NCBI GenBank assembly: GCA_039933355.1
Contig: JBDTOH010000002.1
Span: 1-37,183 of the forward strand
Length of the DNA stretch: 37,183 bases
Source: Gemmatimonadota bacterium
Lineage (GTDB): Bacteria; Gemmatimonadota; Gemmatimonadetes; Gemmatimonadales; GWC2-71-9
Direction of reading: 5' to 3'
This document shows, piece after piece, positions 27,876-35,219 of this stretch (position 1 is its first letter; every line of letters starts with the position of its first letter). The position numbers and the translations under genes were made by a program. The notes under the pieces are model-generated. The model did no database searches. It saw nothing but the letters and a program-made list of their open reading frames with translations, and was not told where the DNA came from.

Positions 27876-29081
27876 ATGCGACTGATTGCCGGGGTCGTTC
27901 TCGCTCTGTCGTCCCCGCTTGCGGCGCAAGCGCCGGTGACGATCTACGCGAGCCGCCTGCTCGATGGGAAGGGCGGCCAGCAGAAGGATGTGACCGTCAC
28001 CGTGGACGGGCCGCGAATTCTCCGGGTCGAGCGCGGCAGGCCGGAAAAGCCGCCGACGTTCGACTACACCGGCTACACGATCATGCCGGGGCTGATCGAC
28101 GTGCACACCCACGTTACCGGCTACATCAATCGGAAGGGCCGCCTCCACACTCCGGACGACGGCGATACGCCCGCGGAGGCCGCGCTCTCGGCGGCGGCGG
28201 GAGCCTACGCGACGCTCATGGCCGGCTTTACGACGATTCAGAGCATCGGATCGATCGACGACAAGGATCTCCGCGACTGGATCGACCGAGGGGACATCCC
28301 CGGCCCCCGAATGCTCACGTCGCTCGAGCCGATCACCGACGCAAGCCTAACGCCGGACCAGCTCCGTGCGCAGGTGAGGAGCCGGGTCGAGCAGGGCGCC
28401 GACGTGATCAAGCTGTTCGCCTCGAAGAGCATCCGTGATGGCGGTACCCAAACGCTGAGCGAAGAGCAGCTGCGGGCGGCCTGCGGCGAGGCCAAGAAGC
28501 TCGGACGGCGCACCGTCGTCCACGCGCACAGCGCCGAAAGCATGCGGGCCGCCGTGCTCGCCGGGTGCAGCCAGATCGAGCACGGAATATTCTCCACGCC
28601 GGAGGTGCTCAAGCTCATGGCCGACCGGGGGACCTACTTTGGCCCGCAATGCGCGCTCATCTTCCGGAACTACCTCGACAACCGGCCCAAGTTCGAGGGC
28701 ATCGGGAACTACAACGCGGCGGGCTTCGCGGCGATGGAGAAGGCGATTCCGCTCGCGATCGGCGTGGTCCGCCAGAGCGCGTCGGTCCCCAACCTCAAGC
28801 TCGTGTACGGGACCGACGCGGTCGCCGGGGCGCATGGCAAGAACGCCGAGGACCTGGTGTGCCGGGTCCAGCAAGCGGGTCACAAAGCGATGGATGTCTT
28901 GGTCTCAGCGACGTCCGTCAACGCGACCTCGCTCGAGATCGCCGATCGAGTCGGCTCGATCGCTCCGGCGATGCAGGCCGACCTGATCGCCGTGAAGGGC
29001 AATCCGCTCGACGACATTACGACGATGCGCAGGACGGTGTTCGTGATGAAGGCGGGGAAAGTATTCAGGGCAGATAAGTAG
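27876..29081 (+). CDS. Amidohydrolase family protein (imidazolonepropionase / Xaa-Pro dipeptidase-like), secreted
   Basis: Signal-like N-terminus MRLIAGVVLALSSPLAAQA. Metal motif PGLIDVHTHV, later VVHAHS, IEHG and GTDA. Confidence 0.75.
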   Translation: MRLIAGVVLALSSPLAAQAPVTIYASRLLDGKGGQQKDVTVTVDGPRILRVERGRPEKPPTFDYTGYTIMPGLIDVHTHVTGYINRKGRLHTPDDGDTPAEAALSAAAGAYATLMAGFTTIQSIGSIDDKDLRDWIDRGDIPGPRMLTSLEPITDASLTPDQLRAQVRSRVEQGADVIKLFASKSIRDGGTQTLSEEQLRAACGEAKKLGRRTVVHAHSAESMRAAVLAGCSQIEHGIFSTPEVLKLMADRGTYFGPQCALIFRNYLDNRPKFEGIGNYNAAGFAAMEKAIPLAIGVVRQSASVPNLKLVYGTDAVAGAHGKNAEDLVCRVQQAGHKAMDVLVSATSVNATSLEIADRVGSIAPAMQADLIAVKGNPLDDITTMRRTVFVMKAGKVFRADK

Positions 29082-29085
29082 CCGC

Positions 29086-29757
29086 TCATTGGCTCTTCGC
29101 CTTCGACAGCGCGTAGGCGATGAGATTGTCGCCGTACCTCGTTACAGCGGGCTTGGCCGGGTACTGGTCGAACCGGGTGCAGGTGACGATGAACCAACCG
29201 TTTCCATAGGCGGCTTCGACCACCACGGGGTTTTTCCCGTCCTTTGACTGCTTCGCCAGCACCTTCCACTCCTTGCCCGGCTCGGCAATCGAGCAGTTGC
29301 CTACGTACGGTCCGTTGACGTCCTTGGCGAAATCTTTGAGCTTGTCGTCCGTGAATCCGTTGAACAGCGGGTGCTTCTTGTTCTCGATCTTGGCCTCGAG
29401 CGTGTACTCGCCGACAAAGATATCGTATGGCGACCAGGTCCGGGAAAAGCCGTCGACCTTGGGATTGATGATGAGCAACACGCCGCCGTTCTCGACGTAC
29501 GATTTGAACGCAGGCCCGGTGAGGTCCTGCAGCTTGAAGAGGTTGTCCACCACGAGCAGCCCGTACTTCGAGAGGCTGTCCGTGGACAGCTTGGCGGTGA
29601 CGTTCTCGAATGGAGTCTGATGGGCCTTGAGAATCGTTGCGGCGAACGATCCCATGGCGCCGCTGATCACGCCGATCCGGGGCGGATTGGTCTGGGCGAC
29701 CAAGGGCGCCGTCGCGAGCGCGAATGCCCCGAGAGCCTGAAATCGCCGGATCCGCAT
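29086..29757 (-). CDS. Secreted hypothetical protein, possibly class-I glutamine-amidotransferase-like (ThuA/DUF4159-like) fold
   Basis: Signal peptide MRIRRFQALGAFALATAPLVAQ. The body has an alternating beta/alpha pattern (GLLVVDNL, GGVLLIINP). The fold assignment is tentative. Confidence 0.5.
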   Translation of the reverse strand: MRIRRFQALGAFALATAPLVAQTNPPRIGVISGAMGSFAATILKAHQTPFENVTAKLSTDSLSKYGLLVVDNLFKLQDLTGPAFKSYVENGGVLLIINPKVDGFSRTWSPYDIFVGEYTLEAKIENKKHPLFNGFTDDKLKDFAKDVNGPYVGNCSIAEPGKEWKVLAKQSKDGKNPVVVEAAYGNGWFIVTCTRFDQYPAKPAVTRYGDNLIAYALSKAKSQ

Positions 29758-29833
29758 GGTTCGCCTCGGGAAGGGGTCGGGCCAAATCTGGAGGTAAGCC
29801 GACCGGATGCCAAATGGGGTCGGAAATGGGACT

Positions 29834-29917
29834 CGGAAATCGGAAGTCCGACATCGGGAATCGGGAGGGATTCGGTCCGGCCTCGGCTTCTGGCTTCTCC
29901 CGGACTTCCGATTTCCG
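29834..29917. repeat. 17-bp perfect inverted repeat (long hairpin) inside a GGA-rich intergenic segment
   Basis: CGGAAATCGGAAGTCCG (29834-29850) and its exact reverse complement CGGACTTCCGATTTCCG (29901-29917), separated by 50 nt. It lies in a 469-nt divergent intergenic region. Confidence 0.6.
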
Positions 29918-30226
29918 GCTTCCGAACCAGGGGCCTTGGCGCCTTCCCGTTAGGTGTGGCCCGGCCCGGACGCTGGAACGGGTCGTGCTAACCGACAGGG
30001 AACCGGCACGAGCGGTCCGACCCGAAACCGGACCAAAGTCGGTCCGCCCACGGTGGCCGAGACCGTTACGACGGAATAAGTTATGATTCGGCCGCGGGTG
30101 ATGGTCGGTCGGGCCTAGCCGCCGGTCGGGGACCCGCCGGATCCCTCCCGCGCCCGTGTAAATTGCGCGGAGACGGGGTCTTGCGAAGGGCCACAAGCGA
30201 TTTCCCTCGTTCTTGCCGGATTCTGG

Positions 30227-32152
30227 ATGAGCGAACGAACTCAAGTGAATGTTCCGGCCGGTGCCGGCGATCCGATCGATCGTCTCCTCGCCCAGGTGAG
30301 GGATGCGGCCGCGGGGATCTACGATGTCCTCGGCGAGATGGGGCGGAGCAAGCGCGGGAACGTCGTCTATCTCGCCCGCGAGATCGAGACGTCCCGGCTC
30401 GTGGGCCTCAAGCTCACCAGGAAAGGCACCGCCGCCGACGGCGAGGAGTTCGACCTCGAGGTGCTCCGGGCCCTCGACAACTCCGTTCCGGGACTCGAAA
30501 GCAAGTGTCCCGAGTGCAAAGCAGTGCTGCCCGACTGGGAGCGGTTCTGTTTCCGGTGCGGGGCTGATCTCTCGAGCGTCGGATTCAACCCCGGCGGTGA
30601 AGAGGCGGCGCAACTGCTCCAGGCGGTGAAGGACGCGACCGCCGGCGACTACGAGATTCTCGGCCAGATGGACCGGGCGGACGGATCCGGGGTGGTGTTC
30701 TTCGCGAAGGACATCAAGCGCGACAGACTGGTCGCGCTCCGGCTCAAACGCGACGAGACGAGCGCCGGCGACCAGGCCGCCTACTACATCGGCGAGACCC
30801 AGGTCTTCAAGCCGCTCGCCGCCGAGCTTGGCGCGACGCAGGTGTTAGGCGCGGCGCAGCAGCCCGCGCTGCCGACTCCGCCGTCCATGCCCGCCGTCTC
30901 GCCATCGCAGGCGTCAGAAGTAGCGGCGTCGTCGCCGTCGACGGAAGTGCCGGTCGCACCGCGCCTTCCTGCACCGCCGAAGAAGTTTCCGATGAAAGTT
31001 CTGCTCGGAATCGGCGGGCTTGCCGTGGTCGGCGTGATCGCCGCCTTGGTGTTCAAGCCCAGCGACGGCGGAGGCAAGACCGGGGGCCCGGTTACCCCCC
31101 CGCCCGCGCAGCCGCCCGCACCGCCGCCGGGACCGCCAACCGTACCGCCAACCGTGCCCCCGCCCGAGCCGCCGCCGGAGCCACCGCCGCCTCAGCCTCC
31201 GGTCGCGTCCACGAATCCGGACTCCGGCACGATCACGATCGCGACGAAGCTGCCCCGCGACGCCCGGGTCACGCTCAATGGGCGAGCGCAGCGCGGCCTT
31301 TCCTTCCGGGTGCCGCCCGGGAACCACGTGCTCGAGGTCGTCGCCCAGGGGTACCAGCCGGTCACTTCGAGAATCCAGCTCAAGGCAAATCAGGTGTATC
31401 GCTGGCGTCCCGAGCTCGCCGCCGTGGTAGCTCAGGCGCCGCCGCCGCCCCCTCGGCCCGATCCCGCGCCGCCGCCCCCACCCCCCAAAGAGACCTGCAC
31501 CCGCGCCTTTGGCCGGAACGATTGGGCCCTGGCCGCGGACCTCTGTCAGAAGGAAGCCCAGGCCGGCGACGTAGCGGCCGAGCGGACGCTCGCGAAGCTG
31601 CAAGAGGACGGCAAAGGTGTTCCACAGGACCGAGTCCAGGCCGCTAACTGGTTTCGCAAGGCCGCCGAGGCCGGCGATCGCGAATCGATGCTCAAGATGG
31701 GTTACCTGTATCGGACCGGTACCGGTGTGAAGAAGGACGAAACCCAGTCCGCCATCTGGTTCAAGAAGACCGCGGAAGCCGGCGACCCGGTGGGTGAGCT
31801 CGAATACGGCGTTGCGCTCGAAAACGGCGACGGGATCTCGAAGAACGAGTCCGAGGCGGCGGTATGGTACAAGAAGTCGGCGGATCACGGCAATTCCTTC
31901 GGGGCGCGCCGGCTCGGCCGGCTCTATGAGCGGGGCAAGGGCGTCCGGAAGAACGAGGCGGAGGCCAAGGTCTTCTACGAGGCGGCGGCCAACAAGGGCG
32001 ACTCCGAGGCCCAGTATCTGTTAGGCAAGCTCTACAAGGACGGGAAGGGCGTCGAGAAGTCGCCCACGATGGCGCTCGAGTGGTTCAAGAAGGCCGCCGC
32101 CCAGGGTCACAAGGGTGCGGCAGACGAAGTGAAGGACCTCCTGAAGCAGTAG
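30227..32152 (+). CDS. Single-pass membrane protein: duplicated kinase-N-lobe-like modules + zinc ribbon / TM / Pro-rich / PEGA / Sel1 repeats
   Basis: Zinc ribbon CPECKAVLPDWERFCFRCG (nt 30506-30559). TM segment MKVLLGIGGLAVVGVIAALVF. Pro-rich linkers. PEGA-like domain GTITIATKLPRDARVTLNG..PPGNHVLEVVAQGYQP (about nt 31226-31381). At least five Sel1 repeats (AANWFRKAAEAGD, AIWFKKTAEAGD, AVWYKKSADHGN, KVFYEAAANKGD, LEWFKKAAAQGH). Confidence 0.8.
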   Translation: MSERTQVNVPAGAGDPIDRLLAQVRDAAAGIYDVLGEMGRSKRGNVVYLAREIETSRLVGLKLTRKGTAADGEEFDLEVLRALDNSVPGLESKCPECKAVLPDWERFCFRCGADLSSVGFNPGGEEAAQLLQAVKDATAGDYEILGQMDRADGSGVVFFAKDIKRDRLVALRLKRDETSAGDQAAYYIGETQVFKPLAAELGATQVLGAAQQPALPTPPSMPAVSPSQASEVAASSPSTEVPVAPRLPAPPKKFPMKVLLGIGGLAVVGVIAALVFKPSDGGGKTGGPVTPPPAQPPAPPPGPPTVPPTVPPPEPPPEPPPPQPPVASTNPDSGTITIATKLPRDARVTLNGRAQRGLSFRVPPGNHVLEVVAQGYQPVTSRIQLKANQVYRWRPELAAVVAQAPPPPPRPDPAPPPPPPKETCTRAFGRNDWALAADLCQKEAQAGDVAAERTLAKLQEDGKGVPQDRVQAANWFRKAAEAGDRESMLKMGYLYRTGTGVKKDETQSAIWFKKTAEAGDPVGELEYGVALENGDGISKNESEAAVWYKKSADHGNSFGARRLGRLYERGKGVRKNEAEAKVFYEAAANKGDSEAQYLLGKLYKDGKGVEKSPTMALEWFKKAAAQGHKGAADEVKDLLKQ

Positions 32153-32158
32153 CCCGGC

Positions 32159-33691
32159 CTAACGGGTGAGGTGCTTGATCAGCTCGCCGATCGCCGTGGC
32201 GATCTGCTTGGCGGTGCCGGGGCCTTTGGTAACGATCCAGTGGATCAGCGGCGGCCCGTAGGTGAATGCGGCGTGGACGGCCAGCATCGCCATGCCGATG
32301 AACAGCAGGCTCACCCCCATCAGCAGCAACGCCCCCGCGGCCGCCACGACCATTCCGACGGCAAAGACCGCATAGGCGAAGGCCATGAGCGGAAACAGCA
32401 GGATTCGCCGGAGCAGGTGTCGCTCGACTTTTCCCGTCCCATGCACCACCACCGCCCCGGCGGCTTCGAGCCGGTTGCGCCGTTTCCAGACGTTAGGGTG
32501 GAACCCGCCCCATACCGGAATCGATCCCGAGCCGCTACCGGCCACGAACAGCAGTGAGGTCACGCCGGGCATCATGCTCTTGTCGCTGGAGTCGAGCAGT
32601 GGTAGCGCGGAGGCGAGCGCGGTTGGATTTCGGGTGAGCTGGACCGCCGACATATCCGCGAGATAGCGGCGCGCCCGCCACACGGCCGCGAGCAGCGGGC
32701 CATACACCATCTGGGAGCCGAGCATCGAGAGGAATTGCGCGGTGGCGGCGCCGAGCCCGACCGGAATGATGATGACCGCGAGGATCCCCGGACTCCGGCC
32801 CGACGAGCCCTGGTGGTGGTCCTTGGGGTCCGTGGCCTCACCCGAAGCAAGCAGGGCTGCGACTTGTTCGATCTCGGTTCGGTCGCGGCGCCGGAAGGTG
32901 CTCTTGATTGCCCGCCACAGGCTCCGGCGAGCGCCCGCCTCGGCCGGCGCAGCCAGGATCACGCCGAGCAGCCCGAACGCCTGGAACACTGAGAGGAGAC
33001 GGGTCAGGACGATGAGATCGCCGTTGACGATCGACGCGATCCCGTGGCCAATGATCGCCTGGGTCTGATTGCGATCGAGCTTCTCGAGGAGACCGCGGGT
33101 TACGACCAGCGCCGCATCGGTCTCCGACGACCCGACGGTCGCGACGTTGGCGGCGCTCCGGTCGAGCAGCATCACGGCCGGCGGACGAATCCCCGCTGCG
33201 ATCGACATCTCTTCGACGAGATTGACGAGCTGGCGCTCCTCGAGATCGTTGGGCTTCGGTAGACGGGCGCCGAGGCTGAGCAGCACGCCTCCGGTGCCGG
33301 CCCGCCGGAAGAGCGCCTTGACCCAGAGCCAGGCGAGAAGCATCGCTGCCATGCCGGGGATGATCACCGCGAGCGCGATCTCCGCCATCAGGGTCCAATC
33401 GACGCCGCCGAGGCTCTTGGTATCGACGACATGCTCGATCTGGGCCGCGACGACGGGAACCGTTCTCCCGGTCTGGTCGAGGAAAGCCCAGAACGCGGGT
33501 GAGATCGGCGTGAACAGGTTGATCAGGTGCGCCCCGGTGAGGACGAACAGGAACAAGATTGGCGTGACGATGACGCTGATCGGGATGCCCGCGAGGAGAA
33601 CGGCGAGGATCGAGAGACCGGCGAACTTGAAGGTGCGCCGCCGGTTTACGGCCTGTTCCTCGTAGAATGTGGTGCGTTCGATGGGGGTCAC
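32159..33691 (-). CDS. M48-family (HtpX-like) membrane protein with degenerate zinc site (HGIAS instead of HExxH)
   Basis: GTG start. The family-typical N-terminus is TTFYEEQAVNRRRT followed by a TM segment. The core GGVLLSLGARL..DLEERQLVNLVEEMSIAAGIRPPAVMLLD..ALVVTRGLLEKLDRNQTQAIIGHGIASIVNGDL is colinear with active M48 enzymes (..VIAHEFSHILNGDM). Nt 33032-33046 encode H-G-I-A-S. Confidence 0.7.
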   Translation of the reverse strand: MTPIERTTFYEEQAVNRRRTFKFAGLSILAVLLAGIPISVIVTPILFLFVLTGAHLINLFTPISPAFWAFLDQTGRTVPVVAAQIEHVVDTKSLGGVDWTLMAEIALAVIIPGMAAMLLAWLWVKALFRRAGTGGVLLSLGARLPKPNDLEERQLVNLVEEMSIAAGIRPPAVMLLDRSAANVATVGSSETDAALVVTRGLLEKLDRNQTQAIIGHGIASIVNGDLIVLTRLLSVFQAFGLLGVILAAPAEAGARRSLWRAIKSTFRRRDRTEIEQVAALLASGEATDPKDHHQGSSGRSPGILAVIIIPVGLGAATAQFLSMLGSQMVYGPLLAAVWRARRYLADMSAVQLTRNPTALASALPLLDSSDKSMMPGVTSLLFVAGSGSGSIPVWGGFHPNVWKRRNRLEAAGAVVVHGTGKVERHLLRRILLFPLMAFAYAVFAVGMVVAAAGALLLMGVSLLFIGMAMLAVHAAFTYGPPLIHWIVTKGPGTAKQIATAIGELIKHLTR

Positions 33692-33700
33692 TGGCGCCCG

Positions 33701-34057
33701 TTAGAACGGCGGGCCGTAATTGATCGCGGCGAGGCGGCCCGGCCGGGGGGTTGGACCGGGGAGTTGGAGCGCCCCGAACGGCGAAAGGAGGGGCCGGGAA
33801 ACGTCGAGCTGGTGAACGAAGAAGACGACCCGCGTCCTTCCGTCGGGAAGCTGCTCCACCGGCTGCTCATCGTGCGGGAGCGAATCGGTGTCGACTGCGT
33901 CCTCTCCCTCGGGGTTGGACGCGATATCCGGGTCGTCCTGCCGGAAGGAACCCCAGTCGACGTCGTCGAAGGCGTCGCTCACCAGCACCTCGACGAGATG
34001 GATGGGCTCTACGGTGTCGACCGGGTAAACCCCGACGATCTGGATGGTACCAGCCAT
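33701..34057 (-). CDS. Small acidic hypothetical protein (118 aa)
   Basis: ATG 34057 with GAAGGA about 8 nt upstream. G/C-rich third positions. The Asp/Glu-rich centre reads DDVDWGSFRQDDPDIASNPEGEDAVDTDSLPHDEQPVEQLPDG. The stop is 9 nt before the M48-like start. Confidence 0.6.
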   Translation of the reverse strand: MAGTIQIVGVYPVDTVEPIHLVEVLVSDAFDDVDWGSFRQDDPDIASNPEGEDAVDTDSLPHDEQPVEQLPDGRTRVVFFVHQLDVSRPLLSPFGALQLPGPTPRPGRLAAINYGPPF

Positions 34058-34137
34058 TGAACAATCCTTCTGATTCGTGATGGACCGCAGATGAAAGGCG
34101 GGATCCAGATTCCGTTCACACGCTCAACGCCGACGGC

Positions 34138-34488
34138 TCAGACAAAATCACGGCGATCCAGCTCGGGGAAGGTGATGGTGCACGTTGCCGGATCGATCCC
34201 CTCGATGCGGACCTTCCCGTTCTGATCGAGGCGGCCGGTGACATGCTTACCGTTACCGACGAGCACGTCGAACGCAGCGCCGGGGACCGGCTTCTTGTCG
34301 GTATCGACGAGCTCGATGCCGATGAAAACGTCGGCCTTGTCGGGATCGACGACGAGAACCGAAGGCCCGGGCTTCCCGCTGCCGATCGAGCCGACGGCAG
34401 GCTCGCCCGGAGGGGGAAGGGGGCCGAGCTGGCAGGGAATGCACTCACCGAAGGCTTTGGTCTGCTCGTCGCGGAGCTTGGCCGTCAT
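34138..34488 (-). CDS. Hypothetical 116-aa protein carrying a beta-domain paralogous to the PAAR protein mid-region
   Basis: ATG 34488 lies 1 nt after the DUF4123 stop, with GGAG 9 nt upstream. Residues 55-111 (nt 34156-34326) are FIGIELVDTDKKPVPGAAFDVLVGNGKHVTGRLDQNGKVRIEGIDPATCTITFPELD. They align with PAAR protein residues 170-226. The N-terminus contains ECIPCQ. Confidence 0.65.
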   Translation of the reverse strand: MTAKLRDEQTKAFGECIPCQLGPLPPPGEPAVGSIGSGKPGPSVLVVDPDKADVFIGIELVDTDKKPVPGAAFDVLVGNGKHVTGRLDQNGKVRIEGIDPATCTITFPELDRRDFV

Positions 34489-34489
34489 C

Positions 34490-35047
34490 CTAGACGCTCC
34501 GGACGACGACGGGCTGAGCGCGTTCGACGCCCGAAGCCGCTTCGGGTCTCATCATGACGGTGACGCCATAGGTCGCCGGGTTCGTGAAGCCGACCGCGCG
34601 GGCCGGCCCGAAGAAATCCGCCAGCTCGCTCGACGTGCAGGTGGGGAGATACGCTTCCAGCACCCGCGGATCGTAGAATCGAAAATACCACTGGTCGCCT
34701 TCGGGCGTCTCAGCGACGAGAAACTTTCGATAGTGCTGGCGGAGAGCTTCGAGCGGTTCATCGCTGAGGACGAAGAATCCCCAGGGGGTTGGCCAGAGAG
34801 TCGAAGTGATCCACTCGTACGTGAGCTCATCGACATCGAACAAGTAGGGGGCGATTGCCGCGAGATCTTCCTCCGCCCGCCCTTTATAGAGGGACACGGC
34901 GCCCCGCTCGCCGACGTCTCGAGCGCGGTGCCACACGCCGGGCGCATCGCACGCGTCGACGACGGCCCGGAGCCGGCCGGCTTCGGCCCACCGCCGAATC
35001 TGGAGCACCGTGAACTCGCGTTGAGTCAGCTGCACGGGTCGCTGCAT
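34490..35047 (-). CDS. DUF4123-family protein (T6SS effector chaperone/adaptor family, Tap-1/TEC-like)
   Basis: 185 aa. The family pattern as I recall it is RAVVDACDAP..LYKGRAEEDLAAIAPYLFDV..WGFFVLSDEPLEALRQHYRKFLVAETPEGDQWYFRFYDPRVLEAYLP..LADFFGP. The FRFYDPRVL block is the hallmark. Confidence 0.7.
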   Translation of the reverse strand: MQRPVQLTQREFTVLQIRRWAEAGRLRAVVDACDAPGVWHRARDVGERGAVSLYKGRAEEDLAAIAPYLFDVDELTYEWITSTLWPTPWGFFVLSDEPLEALRQHYRKFLVAETPEGDQWYFRFYDPRVLEAYLPTCTSSELADFFGPARAVGFTNPATYGVTVMMRPEAASGVERAQPVVVRSV

Positions 35048-35219
35048 CGTCTCTCACGGCGAACGGCGGACGCTTTGGCACCGGGGAAATCAACCTCAAG
35101 ATACCGCATCGCTCGTTCGATCGGGGAAGACCGGGACCGGGTCGGGCGCAAAGGCGCCCACCATGCCCGGTGTCCGCGCGGGCTGGACACCGGCCTGCCA
35201 GCCAAGGAGATTGGTCGCT

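Noticed and set aside
28880-30613. 577-aa minus-strand ORF, plus the + strand ORFs 29371..29991 and 29724..30086 across the 29.8-30.2 kb intergenic region
   Set aside because: They overlap real genes on both sides. They are Arg/Gly/Pro-rich, without motifs or sensible starts. The region is better explained as non-coding structured DNA or RNA.
31080-31200. CCG-rich tandem nucleotide repeats, considered as a simple-sequence or contingency locus
   Set aside because: They lie in frame within the Sel1/PEGA protein and encode a Pro-rich linker (PPTVPPTVPPPEPPPEPPPP). The units are short and imperfect, so this is a coding low-complexity linker rather than a phase-variation tract.
35076-35091. TGGCAC-N5-AAATC in the DUF4123/PAAR divergent spacer, considered as a sigma-54 promoter (T6SS loci are often sigma-54 dependent)
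   Set aside because: The -24 element is perfect, but the -12 element lacks the conserved GC (expected TTGCA/T). Orientation and spacing give no supporting evidence.
35163-35219. ATG 35163 as the PAAR gene start
   Set aside because: GTG 35220 is preceded by a strong AAGGAG at the right distance. It also places the first PAAR motif at the N-terminus, as in typical PAAR proteins. The 19 extra residues are Arg/Pro/Trp-rich and contain a 7-bp hairpin (35169-35191), which fits a leader better. This is not excluded.
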